A stretch of DNA of 64,000 nucleotides from Eledone cirrhosa (GCA_964016885.1 OZ024740.1:119598001-119662000), one strand, 5' to 3'; positions 42,480-55,867 are shown, numbered from the stretch's first letter. Notes: a model not told the origin generated them from the letters alone. Program-made: numbers and translations.

Positions 42480-43528
42480 TTTTGTCAATAAGCTTTTTGA
42501 TGCTACGTTCATAACATTTCTTTTGGTTTTGAACTAAAAAAGTGAACTAACTCATTTTTTATTTCTCTTGAAGTGAGTCTTGATCCATTCAAATGATTTT
42601 GCAAACTTCTAAAGAGATGTAAATCTGTTGGTGTGAAATCAGAGGAATATTGTGGGTGAAGCATAATTTCCCAGACATTTTTTAGGGGAGTTTGGTCTTT
42701 TGTGCAATGTAAGATCTAGCATTATCATGATGAAGGCTGACTCTTTTTACTGTTTGTTAATGATGGGCGTTTTTGCTGTTAAGCTGCTTTCAAACATCTT
42801 AATTGTTGGCAAGAGACTGGCTGTTATTATTCAATTATCGCCACACGCCCAGAAGAATCTTCCTTTGATGCAGGCCACTTCTGGGTTATTGAGCTGGCTC
42901 TTCACCAAGATGTTTTCACTTAACATCAGAGTAAACTATCTTTTTCTCATCTCCAGTAATGTCTCTGTTCAAAAGATACATTTACAGCTCACAAGAACGC
43001 AATGATACACAACAGTCAACATGTACGAGATTATCTGCAGAGAAATCATGCAAAACCTTTGAAAATTTACCAAGCCTTTTTAATTTATAATGAATGGAGG
43101 TATGGCTCACATTAAAGTCAATGCTTAGTTCCTAAAGTAGAATGGTCGGGTTTTCATCAACAGTGACTTCAAATCCAGCTGAACCCAGCCTTCCTGAGCG
43201 CCCTTCTCTTGAGTCTCCTGTTTCTGAATCATGAAAACAATCTCCTGCATGCTCTTTCAGTCACTACGCTATTTCCATAAGTACTTTGTGGTAATTTTGC
43301 TTCTGCACTTGCCTTATAAGTTTTTTTTAAATTCATGAAAAATAATATGTTGAATGTATTCTTTACTTAGAGGGAATATGTTGCCAATGCAACGACTTCA
43401 AAATCTGAAAGAGAATTAAACATATTTGTGATTTTGACATATTTCAAATATAATAGAGAAGTTAGACAGTTTTAAGTCTAACTCGGAATCTACTTTAAAC
43501 AATGGACATAATTTTAGTTACAACCTGA
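42480..43528 (-). pseudogene. Mariner DD34D transposase pseudogene
   Basis: Minus strand reads HHDNARS, WEIMLHPQYSSDFTPTDLHLFRSLQNHL (YSPDLAPSD-like) and CQQLRCL..KRP. Confidence 0.85.
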
Positions 43529-43824
43529 TGTTTGTCATCCATTGTTCTTTATATAATTCTGCTGCATATTATCTGTTCTTTGAAACTTATCAGTTATTTA
43601 CTACATATCTCACAATGCTTCATATTAACTATACTAATTTACACACACATACACACACACAAATATATATATGTTAGGAAGGGCATCCAGCTGTAAAGAA
43701 AACCTGCCAGTGACACTTCCGTACGAGCAAGGCCCGGCCTCCCGACCATTCCTGCATCAAATGGAACAAAACCATCTAACCCATACTTGTGTGGAAGATG
43801 AACATTAAACGATGATGATGATGA

Positions 43825-43925
<101 letters not shown>

Positions 43926-44049
43926 TGAAAATTAACGATAATCGAATTTCAGCTCAGGAATTAACGAAAATCACTTTCGAGTTGTGTGGCAAGCGCTCGA
44001 TAATTCATATGAATTAGAGCTTACAACTTACGTTAATATATATATACTT

Positions 44050-45610
44050 ATGGTAAATATTGATGCAATTCAATTCAAGCACTCAACGTACTTATTCCAC
44101 ATAGGAGTGACGGAGTAAATATTGAATAAGGAAAAGCGAAGTAGTTTCAGATGTTCAAGTCTTTTAATAATAATGCTGTGATATGTATTTCAATGGCGAC
44201 AGTGGCCACACTGTTCCGTGCGCCAGTGCCGCGACATCGTCAGACAGCTTGTTACATGATAGGGTTATGTTTCCGAGGCAATCCAAATTGAATCGACATA
44301 GGAACGGACGAAGTGTGTGCTCTTGGGTTCTTCATCCGTTCCCTTGTGAGTACCAATTCACCCCCACCGGTCTGCGCAGGCGTAGGCCCGAAGGAAGTTG
44401 ACCATTAGCTACCGCAGATTGCAACGAAATTCGCTTAGTCAGTTCCCCCTCTCACCCAAACAATGACCCATTCAGGCCTTTTATATATAGCTTACTGCTA
44501 CCTACCCCATCTGTGGCAGTCAGCCGAAAGCCAGTGGGGATGGGGGCGTGTGAGTATCAATAGGTCTCAATACTACTTCCCATTAAGCATAGAGGAACCA
44601 GCCACCAGCTACACCAGGAAATTCCCTATACCATGGGGATGAAAATCCATGATACTGGACGGACATAATACTAATTTTCGGCAGGATAAATACGCGGAAA
44701 CAAAAACACCGATTAACCACTATTTTCCTGCACCAAATCGCATTTGAACAGAAGCCCCCTAAATTCAATCTATATATGGACAAATTGACAATCATAATAA
44801 TCAGTATCTCCTATCTCATTTTGCATATATGAACTGTATGAGTTTTTTGCATTTATTAGTTTTTTTTGTGTACTTTATATCTGTGTGTTTTAGTTTTGTT
44901 CCATGTGATGGAAATTCTAACTATGTACCCGCCTAACTACTACCTTTCATACAGTAATTTACCCCCCCCCCCCCGCCCGTTCTACTGTACGGTACTATTG
45001 TTCAGTATGTAGATAATATAACTGTAACATTAGTACCCCTTTCAGAACTTCTTACTTGAACATCTCTCTACGTAGTAGATAGTATAGGTGAATATATGAT
45101 TTACTCACTCCAATCTATATTTTTTTTACTCACCTTAATCTAAATTCTCACTTGAAAATTTTTAAATTTTTAATTCTTAATTTCTAATTTTTATTATTTG
45201 ATTTTTAATTTTTTATTTTTTATTTTTTATTTTTAGTTCTAATTTCCCACTCTCATTCATAACTTCCACTGTGAAACTATGATACCTAGGATTAAGTATA
45301 TTTTCTCTTATGGTTGATGGTCAATTATACTGTCCATGCTTAATGAGGGGTAGTATTGAGACCTATTGATACTCACACGCTCCCATCCCCACTGGCTTTC
45401 GGCTGACTGCCACAGACGGAGTAGGTACAGTAAGCTATATAAAAGGCCTGAATGGGTCATTGTTTGGGTGAGAGGGGGAACTGACTAAGCGAATTACGTT
45501 GCAATCTGCGATTGCTAATGGTCAACTTCCTTCGGCTTGCGCCTGCGCAGACCGGTGGGAGTGAATTGGTACTCACAAGGGAACGGATGAAGAACCCAAG
45601 AGCACACCCT
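44050..45610. mobile_element. Non-autonomous PLE-type element with inverted pseudo-LTRs (arms 44314-44591 and 45336-45607)
   Basis: ~275-bp GC-rich inverted arms containing TATATAAAAGG; the left arm extends into a hammerhead; (TA)n flanks. Confidence 0.75.
44175..44248 (-). ncRNA. Type I hammerhead ribozyme with long stem II
   Basis: GCTGT-CTGACGA-tgtcGCGGCA.TGGC GCAC ggaaca GTGT.GCCA.TGTCGCcatt-GAAA-TACATA-TC-ACAGC. Confidence 0.7.
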
Positions 45611-46289
45611 GAATATATATATATATAAACATAAAGAGTAGGGTATCCAAAACACAGTTATGATTATGATTATAATTAAATTCTAATTACTATTTTGTAA
45701 ATAGTAACCATTAGATCATTTCCCAAGGACAGGAACTAAAGGATTACTGGGTGACCGTTGGGTAGTTGAGTGTAAGTTATGATGTAAAGGTAACGGTGAG
45801 AAATGTTAGGTGGTTTGACATGGAATATTAGTATTTGGGAATATTAACTACATATCTTTTTCATTCTGTAAAAATGCATATATTATTACTATTTTTAGCT
45901 AGAATAATGAAATATTTCTTTCAGCTAAAATTCTAACCAGGGTTTTATGAACACCATAACATAACATTTATTTCAATGGAAATATTCAAATACAGACCCC
46001 ATGTTTCTAGTGAAAGAGCTATTTTTATGCAAGTAAGGCAGACATATAGTTTCCCTTTCATTCATGTTGAATCAATAATACATGTCTGTTGGGACCATTA
46101 AGGCAACATCTGCCTAAGATTCTGATTGGTCAAAGAGGCAGAACAAGAGAATGAAAGATCATTACAATATTGCATTGGCTTGTTCATGCTGTTTCCTTTC
46201 GCCATTGCATACATGCATGCATACACATATGCATACAAACATACATACATACATACATACATACATACATACATACATACATACATACA

Positions 46290-46896
46290 TGGTGGCTGCC
46301 AACTCGTTTTCGAGTACGGCCACTACTTTATATCCATGTAGGAGAAACCCTACCGATGCGCTGAACGAGTGTGACTTTTTAGTCCAGCCAGCGACTTGAA
46401 AACTCTGGTACAAACACTACACTTGTGACAATTATTGACACATAGTGCTGGGCCCATGGTACCATGTGACGACAAGTGCATAGAGATCTCCAGATATAAA
46501 GCAATGCCCGTGCCGTGAAGCTTTAATAGTGAGCAAAGGCACTGCACAAAGCCAGTCCCACTCTCTTAACCGAGATTATATTTACCAAAAAGAAGAACAA
46601 GTCAACATCATTGGATACCATCAGGGTTGCAGGTGTTATATCAGAGTTTTCCTTCTCCTAGAATTATGCTTGACAAAGGCTAAGGGGTCATCTCTCTCGG
46701 TGATTTTGGAGGGCCATTGACTCTTAAGAGCTCCTTTGCCCTTTGACAGGTTTTGTTTTTAGTCCGGCAGGATGTCCAAAGTCACCCTCCTCACCAAGAA
46801 ACATTGGTGGGGTTGCCAGTTTAGTCGCCAACGCCTCGACCGTGAGACAGGTTGTACTGGGATGCATGTTACCAGTAGCACCAACTCGTGACCTGA
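46290..46896 (-). mobile_element. Internally deleted non-autonomous RTE-like element in a (TACA)n tract
   Basis: 5'UTR-like region joined to a C-terminal C2H2 finger (CSVCTRVFKSLAGLKSHTRSAHR); a related fragment lies at 47568-47900. Confidence 0.6.
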
Positions 46897-47018
46897 CATA
46901 CATACATACATACATACATACATACACACATACACACATACACACATACATACATACATACATACATACATACATACATACATACATACATACATACATA
47001 CATACATACATACATACA
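46897..47018. repeat. (TACA)n microsatellite
   Basis: Directly visible; the same repeat lies on the other side at 46243-46290. Confidence 0.97.
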
Positions 47019-47956
47019 TTAATGTATGGAAGCATTATACAAAGTAGTTGAAAGTTTATCAATGTATAAATGATGCTATTTTGACTGTTAATGTGGGAAA
47101 CAATTAAACTAATTTTGAAAACAAGTAGTAGAAATATAGCGATGTAAGTTCAGACAAACATATACATTGTTCTACATAAAACGTGTCTTTGTACGTAGTT
47201 TGTAGGAAACATTTTTACTGAAATTTAAGTAGTGTAGGTAAAATTGGCAGATAAATTAATTCAAATATTTATGAAAATTCTTTAACTGCTGTCCAATGGT
47301 ATATTACAAACATTATTTTTTTCTCTTACTTGTATCAGTCATTTGATTGTGGCTGTGGTATGGCACTGCTATTGATTATATTGACTCCCGTATTTTGTTA
47401 AATCTAGTATTTATTGTAATGATTTTTATTTGTCAAAATGTTAAATCATAGAATATAAACAAACAGTAAACATAAACACAGACAAAGGTATACATATATA
47501 TATATATATAAACCATACATGCATATATTTATATACTTTATGTATTTATATATATATATATATATATGATGGCTGCCTCTTCATTATCGAGTATGGCCAT
47601 TGCACGATATAAAATTATTAATTAATGCTATCATGCAATGCCTGTGAATGAATATTTGTTTTATTAAAGTGAGGAAAGGCTGTGCACTGAGCCAATCCCA
47701 CTCTTTGAGCGACTGTAGTTATTACCCGAAAAGAAGAAAAAGATCAACATCATCAGTAACTACTGAGCCACAGGTTTCATGTTGCGGTTATCCCAGTTTC
47801 CTGAGTTACCTTCTCCTAGACGAATGCCCTGACAAAGGCTAAGGTTCCTCCACTCCCAGTGGTTTAACCACGCGTTTGATTATCCAGCCCAATTATTTCT
47901 ATGTCCCTGCACTTATACATACATATGTATACATGTATATACATACATATATATAC

Positions 47957-48035
<79 letters not shown>

Positions 48036-48038
<3 letters not shown>

Positions 48039-50470
48039 CCAGATTGACTTCTTATTAGTTAGGCAGCGAGACAAGCAGATATTGTCCAATACCAAGGCAT
48101 ACCCTGGGGAAGAATGTACCCCACAGCATAGGTTAGTCGTTAGTGATATCTCAGTAAGCAAGAGATGGAATGAGACATACAGGAAGGTGTGGCGAAGAAA
48201 GGTCTGGAAGCTAAAAGATCTTTCACTAAAATACAAATTTAGGAAATCCCTTCAAGATGTGTATGACGAAAAAGAAGACGATTCAGAGACGTATGACAGA
48301 TAATAACTGGAATGTCTTGCGTGACAACTTACTGCAGGCTACTGATGAAACTTGTGGCTGGAGCAGAGCTCCTACCAGACAGAGAGTGACCTCGTGGTGG
48401 AACAGCACAGTAGATAAGACCATTAGAGAAAAAGACTAGCATGGAAGGCTTGGAAAAAGGGTGGGAGTGGGGAAGGATATATAGCCGCTAAAAGAGAAGC
48501 TAGACGTCAGGTGTACTTAGCACGCAGGGAGGCTGAGAGTAGGAAGTTTGCCAATGTTATGTGACGGGCCAATGTTCAGACGCGTGCGGTGTTCCACATT
48601 GCAAGGCAGTGTGTCAATGCAAATCAGGATGTTGTTGGAGCAAATGTGTCCGGAATGATGCCGGTGTACTTAGTGTCACGAGTGATCAGAAAAGGAGGCA
48701 TGGAAATGTCATTATGAGAGACGGATGAATGTAGAGAACGAATGGGAGAGAGAGAAATTACTCTCAGTAGATCCGACAGAGGGACCAGCTATTGAGATTG
48801 ACGAATATAGGGTTCAAGAGGCGATTAAGGAAATGTAAAATGGTAAGGCTGCTGGACCATCGGCGATAGTTGCTGAGATGCTGAAGGCATCAGGGCACTA
48901 AACTGGTTGCACGCATCATCAATCAGGCTATATATGGTGGTGTCATACCCAAAGACTGGTGCAGCAGCATTCTCAAAAATTGCTACAAAGGTAAAGGGGA
49001 TGCTCTGGAGAGGAGCAATTATAAGGGTATAAAACTGATGGATCAGGTTATGAAAGTGGCAGAAAGGATATTAGCACAACTAATTAGAGAAAGGGTCAAA
49101 CTAGATCAGATGCAGTTTGGTTTTGTGCCTGGGAAGAGTACAACAGATGCCCTCTTCTTGGTGAGAGAATTACAAGAGAGGTTCTTAAAGAAAAATAAGC
49201 CACTATACTTAGCCTATGTTGACCTAGAGTAGGCCTTTCATAGGGTACACCGATCTGTCATCTGGTGGTCCCTAAGGAAACTAGGTGTTGAGGAATGGCT
49301 TTTGAGGACAGTGCAAACGTTGTACAGAGGTACTGTCAGTAAAGTAGGGATGGAGTTTAGTGAGGAATTCCAGATACAAGTAGGAGTACATCAAGATTCG
49401 GTCCTCAGCTCGCTCTTCATTATAGTCATCCAAGCCATAACATAGGAGTTTAAGACTGGCTGTCCATGGGAAATTCTCTATGCTGACGATCTGGTTCTTA
49501 TAGCAGAATCAGTAGAGGAGCTAGAGAATAAATTCTGGCTATGGAAACAGCCAAGAGGACTGAGAGTGAACCTAGCTAAGACAAAAATGTCGATGAGTAG
49601 AAAAGAGGACAAAACACTGATTCCGTCAGAGAAATGGCCGTGTTCGATATGCAGAAAAGGAATTGGCATAAATTCTATAAAATGCACACAATGCAGATCC
49701 TGGGTACACAAGATATGTAGCGGGATAGCAGGCAAACTAACAGGTAGGAAGAAATAAGTATGCAGTAGATGTACAGGGAAATTAGTCAGTAGAAGTCGCA
49801 TTGATAGACACATTTTTCAAATGCAGGCAGGTGCTATAGAAGTGGTGGATAGCTTCCGGTACCTAGGAGATCAGATTAGCATGGGAGGGGGGTGTTCCTA
49901 GGCCATAGTATCTAGAATAAGGACGGATTGGAAGAAGTTTAGGGAGCTGCTTCCTCTGCTGAGGAAGAAGGGTTTCTCCCTGCGTACGAAAGGCCGGTTA
50001 TATGATGCCTGTATGAGGAGCGCAATGCTGCATGGTAGTGAGACATGGGCAGCAACTTCAGAGAATATGCGACGGCTGGAGAGAAATGAGGCAAGCATGC
50101 TCTGTTGGATGTGCAGTGTAAATGTGCGTGACCGACCCAGCATGAATGTGTTGAGAGAGAAACTGTGTCTCAGAGGGATAGAATGTAGTGTGCGAGAGAG
50201 AAGACTGAGGTGGTATGGACATGTGATGCGCATGGAGGATGACCGATGGGTGAAGAAGTGCCAGGAAATGCCAGTTGAAGGAAGACGAGGTAGAGGTAGA
50301 CCACGAAAAACATGGGCAGAGGTGGTGAAAACAGACCTCAGATCGCTGAACCTCACGCTGGAGATGACGAAGGACCGTGACAAGTGGAGAGATGCTGTGC
50401 TGAATAAGACCCGTCCCAGCCTTGCAAGCAGGGAAGTGCGGACATAAAATGATGATGATGATGATGATGA
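48036..50470 (+). mobile_element. 5'-truncated decayed RTE LINE (short-3'UTR subfamily)
   Basis: SQIDFLL, QFGFVPGKST, ILYADDL, RRLRWYGHV and a (GAT)n tail; flanked by (TA)n. Confidence 0.95.
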
Positions 50471-50534
50471 TATATATACACACATGTATATATATATATA
50501 TATATATATACATACATACCCATATGTATATACA

Positions 50535-52270
50535 TTGCCCTAGTAACTTCCTAAGCATCTTCACAAAACCTCTCCAAAAACACATTCGGAGTTAATACGA
50601 GATGTGCTCATACATCTACAAAATGATGTAAACAAAATCACCTACATTGTTTCGTTGGAAGTTGTGAAACTATTTACCTATATTCCATATGCTTACGGAA
50701 TTGAAGCTATTAAAACTCATTCCACTATGAGCTACCAGACGGTATTGATAGAAAATTTAATATAAATAGTCTTCAGTATATTAAAGAAAAGCAATTAGTT
50801 TACATTCATTAAAACAACCTACTGAAAAAATCAGGGACAGCCATGGGAATTCAAGTTGAACCAGCATATGCTAACCTAAGCATGGGCTGCCATGAATTAG
50901 AAATCTATGAATGAACCTTGCAAATTTGTGAGAAGAAATTCAGCTGCTTATAAAAGAAAACTAGACATATTCCTGGGAGAGTACATTATTTTGTGATTGG
51001 AAAATCTTGATAAACTGAAGAATTTTGAAAATCTCATCCATAATATCATCCCCAAAAAACATTTCCATATGGAGAGAAACAAAAGAACCCAACCCTTAAT
51101 ACATATACTAATAACAAAAAGAAATACAAACCTAGAATCATATATGTTTCAAATCTATAATCACCCAACATACCTCCTTTTTATCATCTCTTCCAAAACA
51201 CACACGGACCAACATTCTATTCGCTTTAACTAAACAAATTTGCACAATAGTCTCAAACCTAAAATCAAGAGACCGCAGAATACAAGAGATGAAAAATACT
51301 CATCCTCTGATTTAATCAATAATAGTATTGAACGGGAAAAACAAATTAACATCCAGAAGCTTTGAGAAATAAAAACAAGAATTATAAAAAGGGATATGCA
51401 ATACATTTCGATGTTTAATCCAAAGGACACTAAAATCGGTACAGATACAACTAAACCTATTTATTTTGCTAAAGGGAAAAGATAAAATAAAACATTGTAC
51501 AAAAATATCCAATTATAAACAGCAAAAGATAGGCGCAATCACAAAAATGACATCGATGACTGTAAAGCTGCATATGGCAATTAAAATTCCTGAAGCTAAA
51601 AAATGCAACCAACCAAACCGTGGAGTATGCAGCTGCCTATTCATTTTGTCTCAAGCCTGGATGCTCATCAGGCCAGTGCTTATCTTGGTTTGTGTGGAAT
51701 TAAGTGACTCAGAGTACATCACTTCCCTTAGACAGGGTGCCGTTCTATAGCATATTTAAACCACCAGTTATTGCTTGTGCTCCTTTTCAGCTAAGTATAC
51801 TGGAGCAGTATGAAATGAAGGGTTTTGCTCAAGTACATAACACACAATTCAGTCCAGGAATCGAATCCACGAGGTTATAATCGTAAGTCCAACATATTTA
51901 CCACTAGGCCACACACCTTCACCAGCTATCTATTAGAAGGACCCGAATTTTACTTCAGCAAAGAAACTATTTTCAAAATTATAAACTTCTCGTGTAATTC
52001 AAACAATTTAATATCTTTTATTACACAGAAAATTTGCCAAGAACACTACATAGGCTAATCCAGTCTGACAATCCTACAATGACTATTGAAATTGTGCACC
52101 AGAAAATTCCACCAGGGTCAACATGTACAGGGTTGTGGAGAACGAATATTGTGAGATTTCGAAGTTTTCCCATTCTGTCTATGTAGTTACTTGACAGCCA
52201 AACAACAAATTATTAAGGAAATATACTTTATAACTAAATAAAAAAAGGAACACTATATTCAGTGTATATA
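50535..52270 (+). pseudogene. Decayed Penelope-like element ORF (RT + GIY-YIG)
   Basis: IVSLEVVKLFTYIPYAYGIEAIK and SGTAMGIQVEPAYANLSMG (PLE RT); KKCNQPNRGVC...FSCNSNNLISFITQKICQEHYIG (Zn motif plus GIY-YIG). Confidence 0.8.
51640..51920 (-). mobile_element. Old CORE-type SINE inserted in the PLE
   Basis: tRNA-like head near 51910; degenerate TSD cagctgcctatt / cagctatctatt. Confidence 0.6.
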
Positions 52271-53023
52271 AGTTAACACACAACTTTTAATTTCAATTAT
52301 CTGTAAACCAAAGAAACCTCCCTTGGCATGACAAAACAAGTGACTGCAATGATATTAACAGCTATGTTGTTTATCATAGAGAGGATGAGGGTGAACAACA
52401 GCGACTTGGATAAAATATATTCGAGACAAATCAAAATATACTTTGCGAAGCTACTCAGATAGAAACCAGTTAGTACAAAAACTAATAATATAATCATGAC
52501 TATTTGTGAAAAGCCTCTTATTAAAAAAGCATAGTATATTTTGTATGAAACAATTTCATTTCATTTGTATTGTAGATTTGCATGTATGTATAAAAATATA
52601 TTTGGTGCATCTTTATATATACAAAAGTACAGGATCTTGCAGATAAATTGAGACCAAGTTTGAGCAGTTGACTTAGAGGGTTTAACATTTCACTGTTCGA
52701 CAAAACCTTGCTTGCTTGAAAATCTAATCCTCCTCTTTATTTTTCACGTAAATATCAAACTGATTAGACAACAGAAAGACATGGAACAACAGAATCGTTC
52801 CGCCATTGTATATATATATATATATTATTATACTTGGGGAGGGTCATATTGTTGTAATAATATTGCCAGAAATAATAATTGAACACACTCACTGTTTGGT
52901 TGGTTTTCGCTTCTGCATCTTTTATATCTCCATAGTTAATTCATTTGGCCATCAATGTTTATCATTGACTGACCAACGGTCAAAAATACAGATATAAATA
53001 AATATATATATATGTATATAGTC

Positions 53024-53067
53024 TAACAAAGTTCTTTCGTGGCACATCTGCAACATCATCAGTGGTA
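53024..53067 (-). ncRNA. Minimal type I hammerhead (slightly mutated)
   Basis: tacca-CTGATGA-t-GTTGCA gatg TGCCAC-GAAA-GAAC-TT-tgtta. Confidence 0.65.
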
Positions 53068-53069
53068 TT

Positions 53070-53258
53070 AGGATTGGCAGTATCGGTAGAGGGTCGGACG
53101 CCATGCTTTGACGCATAGAGTTACGGCCCTTGCCATTCTGAGTTCAAATCCCGCCGAGGTTAACTTTGCCTTTCATCCTTACGGGGTAGTTAAAATAAAG
53201 TACCAGTAATACACTGGATAATTTGCTGGCCTTGTGCCAAAGTAGAAACAATTATTAT
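53070..53258 (+). mobile_element. SINE family A inserted in the fold-back arm
   Basis: Absent from the opposite arm; inserted at a ttatta run. Confidence 0.85.
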
Positions 53259-53564
53259 CATGTTTCCTCCTATTGTATTGCAATGTCTATGCCATTTTTA
53301 TTTTATCTATTTATTTATGTATTTATTTTTGTCACAAGTGTAATAACAACAAACACATGTAAACACACACTAATAAACAAAGATAGAATACAAAAACCAA
53401 AAGACATACACCCAAACGCGAACACAAACACCAAAAAATATACACACACGCAAACGCATGCGCAGAGACGTAGACAAAAATAAATAAATAAATAAATAGA
53501 TTAAATAAAAATGGCGTAGACACTGCAATATATTGCAATACAATAGGAGGAAACATGATAATAA

Positions 53565-53608
53565 TAACACTGATGATGTTGCAGATGTGCAACGAAAGAA
53601 CTTTGTTA
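53565..53608 (+). ncRNA. Minimal type I hammerhead ribozyme
   Basis: TAACA-CTGATGA-t-GTTGCA gatg TGCAAC-GAAA-GAAC-TT-TGTTA; perfect stems I and II. Confidence 0.8.
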
Positions 53609-54239
53609 GACTATATATGTATAGTTATATCTGTATTTTTGACCGTTGGTCAGTCAATGATAAACATTGATGTCCAAATGAATTAACTATGGAGATATAA
53701 AACAATGAGTGTGTTTAGTTATTATTTCTGGCAATATTATTACAACAATATGACCTTCCACAAGTATAACAATATTTGTTTCGACACACGATTTCATACC
53801 AAAAAACTTCGCAAAACAAATATATATATATATATCGTTTCTGAATTTGTTTAGCAAGATTCTTTATCTGAAAACGTGTGTTAAAACATATATTGTTATA
53901 CTTTGGGAGGGTCATGTTGCCAATAAGAAACACACGCACCAGTTGCTTTCACTCCAATTTATTATAAATTAATAAATTCTTTTAAAAATTTTTGTAAATA
54001 AAAAAAAAATATATATATATTTATACATATATATTTAAAAAAAAAAAATATATATATATATATATATATGTGTGACCAACACAACCCTGCACGTGCACAC
54101 ACATATATCTATATATATATGCGCACACAGAATTCACCACTGTCGGTTGCGGGGCCCAATCTACATGAAGAACTCAATGTGATCAGAATGACTTGTATTT
54201 TAATTTCACTGTTCTAACTTCTTATATTATGGAAAAAAT

Positions 54240-54562
54240 ATGTGTGTATGTATGTATATATATATATTTGGAGGCCATTTCTCTATGTGTGTGGGTGTAT
54301 ATATGTGTATGTGTATGTATGTGTGTGTGTGTGTGTATGTGTGTGCATGTGGATGTATGTATGTGTATGTGTGTGTGTGTGTGTATGTGTGTATCTGGAT
54401 GTATGTGTATGTATATGTGTGTGTATATATATATATATGTGTATGTATGTGTGTGTGTGTATGTATGTGTGTATCTGGATATATGTGTGTGTGTGTATAT
54501 ATATGTGTGTATGTGTATATGTGTGGGTGTGTGTGTGTATGTATATGTATGTGTGTGTGTAT

Positions 54563-54594
<32 letters not shown>

Positions 54595-54612
54595 GTATAT
54601 GTATGTGTGTGT
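54240..54612. repeat. (TG/TA) low-complexity microsatellite
   Basis: Directly visible. Confidence 0.96.
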
Positions 54613-54940
54613 GGATGAGGGTATGTGTATATATAGGTGTAAGTGCACTAAATCCCTTTCTATCACTCTCCCCTCTCCTACCGACCACATGGAGATATAT
54701 GTATGTATATTGCTTCCACCCCCTCACTGACCAGCAGCTGGCCATTGCTAAATCTGACCTTTAAAAAAAACCCACCTCCCACAAATAATTCCTCATTCAC
54801 TACCAGAAAGGGACACACAGCAGTCAACTTGCTGCTACCAAGATGAAAACTACTATGAAATCCCACACTGAATTTTATACTTGAATTTTCAAATCTCAAA
54901 TTTTAACTCTTCTTATTATTAATTTTTCTTAATATAAATC

Positions 54941-54988
54941 AACATTTGAAAAGATGGCTTTTGCAGACCCATCGAAACCGGTCATTTT
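54941..54988 (+). ncRNA. Degenerate hammerhead in a PLE-like fragment (~54615-55130)
   Basis: TTGAAAA (mutated core)-GATGG...CCATC-GAAA-CCGG-TC; palindromic stem III ACCGGT. Confidence 0.5.
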
Positions 54989-55133
54989 TTATACCCTTTA
55001 TTCTTTCCTTGCCTTATAAAATTGTTTTTTCACAAAAAAGTATTCTGTCTCTTATATATTCCATGTGCCATTACCAACCTCAATTTTCTCTATAACCTTC
55101 GTTTTCTGTAGAAACTTACACTTTTCATTTATA

Positions 55134-55179
<46 letters not shown>

Positions 55180-55195
55180 TATATATATATATATA

Positions 55196-55850
55196 GAATA
55201 GAACTAGGATGTAGCTTCATGCTTAGCTGTATGCAAGTATGTATTAGAATTTCGTATTTCTAAAGAAATACGGTATGTTTACAGTTAAACATTTAGAAAG
55301 CCGTAGCTATGGAGAACACCGGGACTAACGCCCTCTGGTGGTGTCCAGCAGAAGCAAAGGGGACAATTGTCAAAGTATTTCGAACTTAACTGATCCTCAT
55401 CAAGATGATCCCTCCCACACTTACGACTGCTGGACTTGGAAACAGAGCTACGGCTTTCTAAACGTCTACCTGTCAACATATCGTATTTCTTTAGAAATAT
55501 AAAATTCTAATACATGTCTGTATATAGCTATGCATGAAGCTAAATCCTAATTCTATTCCCTTATAAGTTGAGCAACCTTAACAACTTCATATGCAAATAA
55601 GATTAATCACCTCATTTACACAGACGAGAAAACCATATATTCCCGCCTGTTTTCAAGTCCAGCAGTCGCAAGTTTGGGAGGGATTGTCCTGATGCGAACC
55701 AGTTAAGTTTGAAATGCATCAACGATTGTCCCCTTTGCTTCTGCTCGACACCACCAGAGGGCATTAGCCCCGGTGTTTTGCATAACTACGGCTTTCTAAA
55801 TGTTTACCTGTAAACATACCTTATTTCTTCAGAAATACAAAATTCTAATA
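55196..55850. mobile_element. Retrozyme-like element: 338-bp permuted monomer plus an inverted copy
   Basis: ctacggctttctaaa at 55448 and 55786; 55196-55445 is the reverse complement; hammerhead remnants at 55683-55726 (+) and 55366-55409 (-). Confidence 0.7.
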
Positions 55851-55867
55851 TATATATATATATATAG

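Larger units (their letters stand above)
41483..43605. mobile_element. Tc1/mariner-type element with TIRs, hosting nested insertions
   Basis: tgttgcaaatgactgataagtttcaaa vs tttgaaacttatcagttatttactaca; TA at both flanks. Confidence 0.6.
52828..53820. mobile_element. Fold-back PLE-type element; arms 52828-53333 (interrupted by a SINE) and 53474-53770
   Basis: Long inverted match with a hammerhead in each arm; related ends at 17540-17700, 21378-21430 and 53838-53975. Confidence 0.85.

Noticed and set aside
44314-45607. DIRS-type tyrosine-recombinase element
   Set aside because: No YR or RT remnant and no clear internal complementary region; the hammerhead and TA flanks favour a PLE type.
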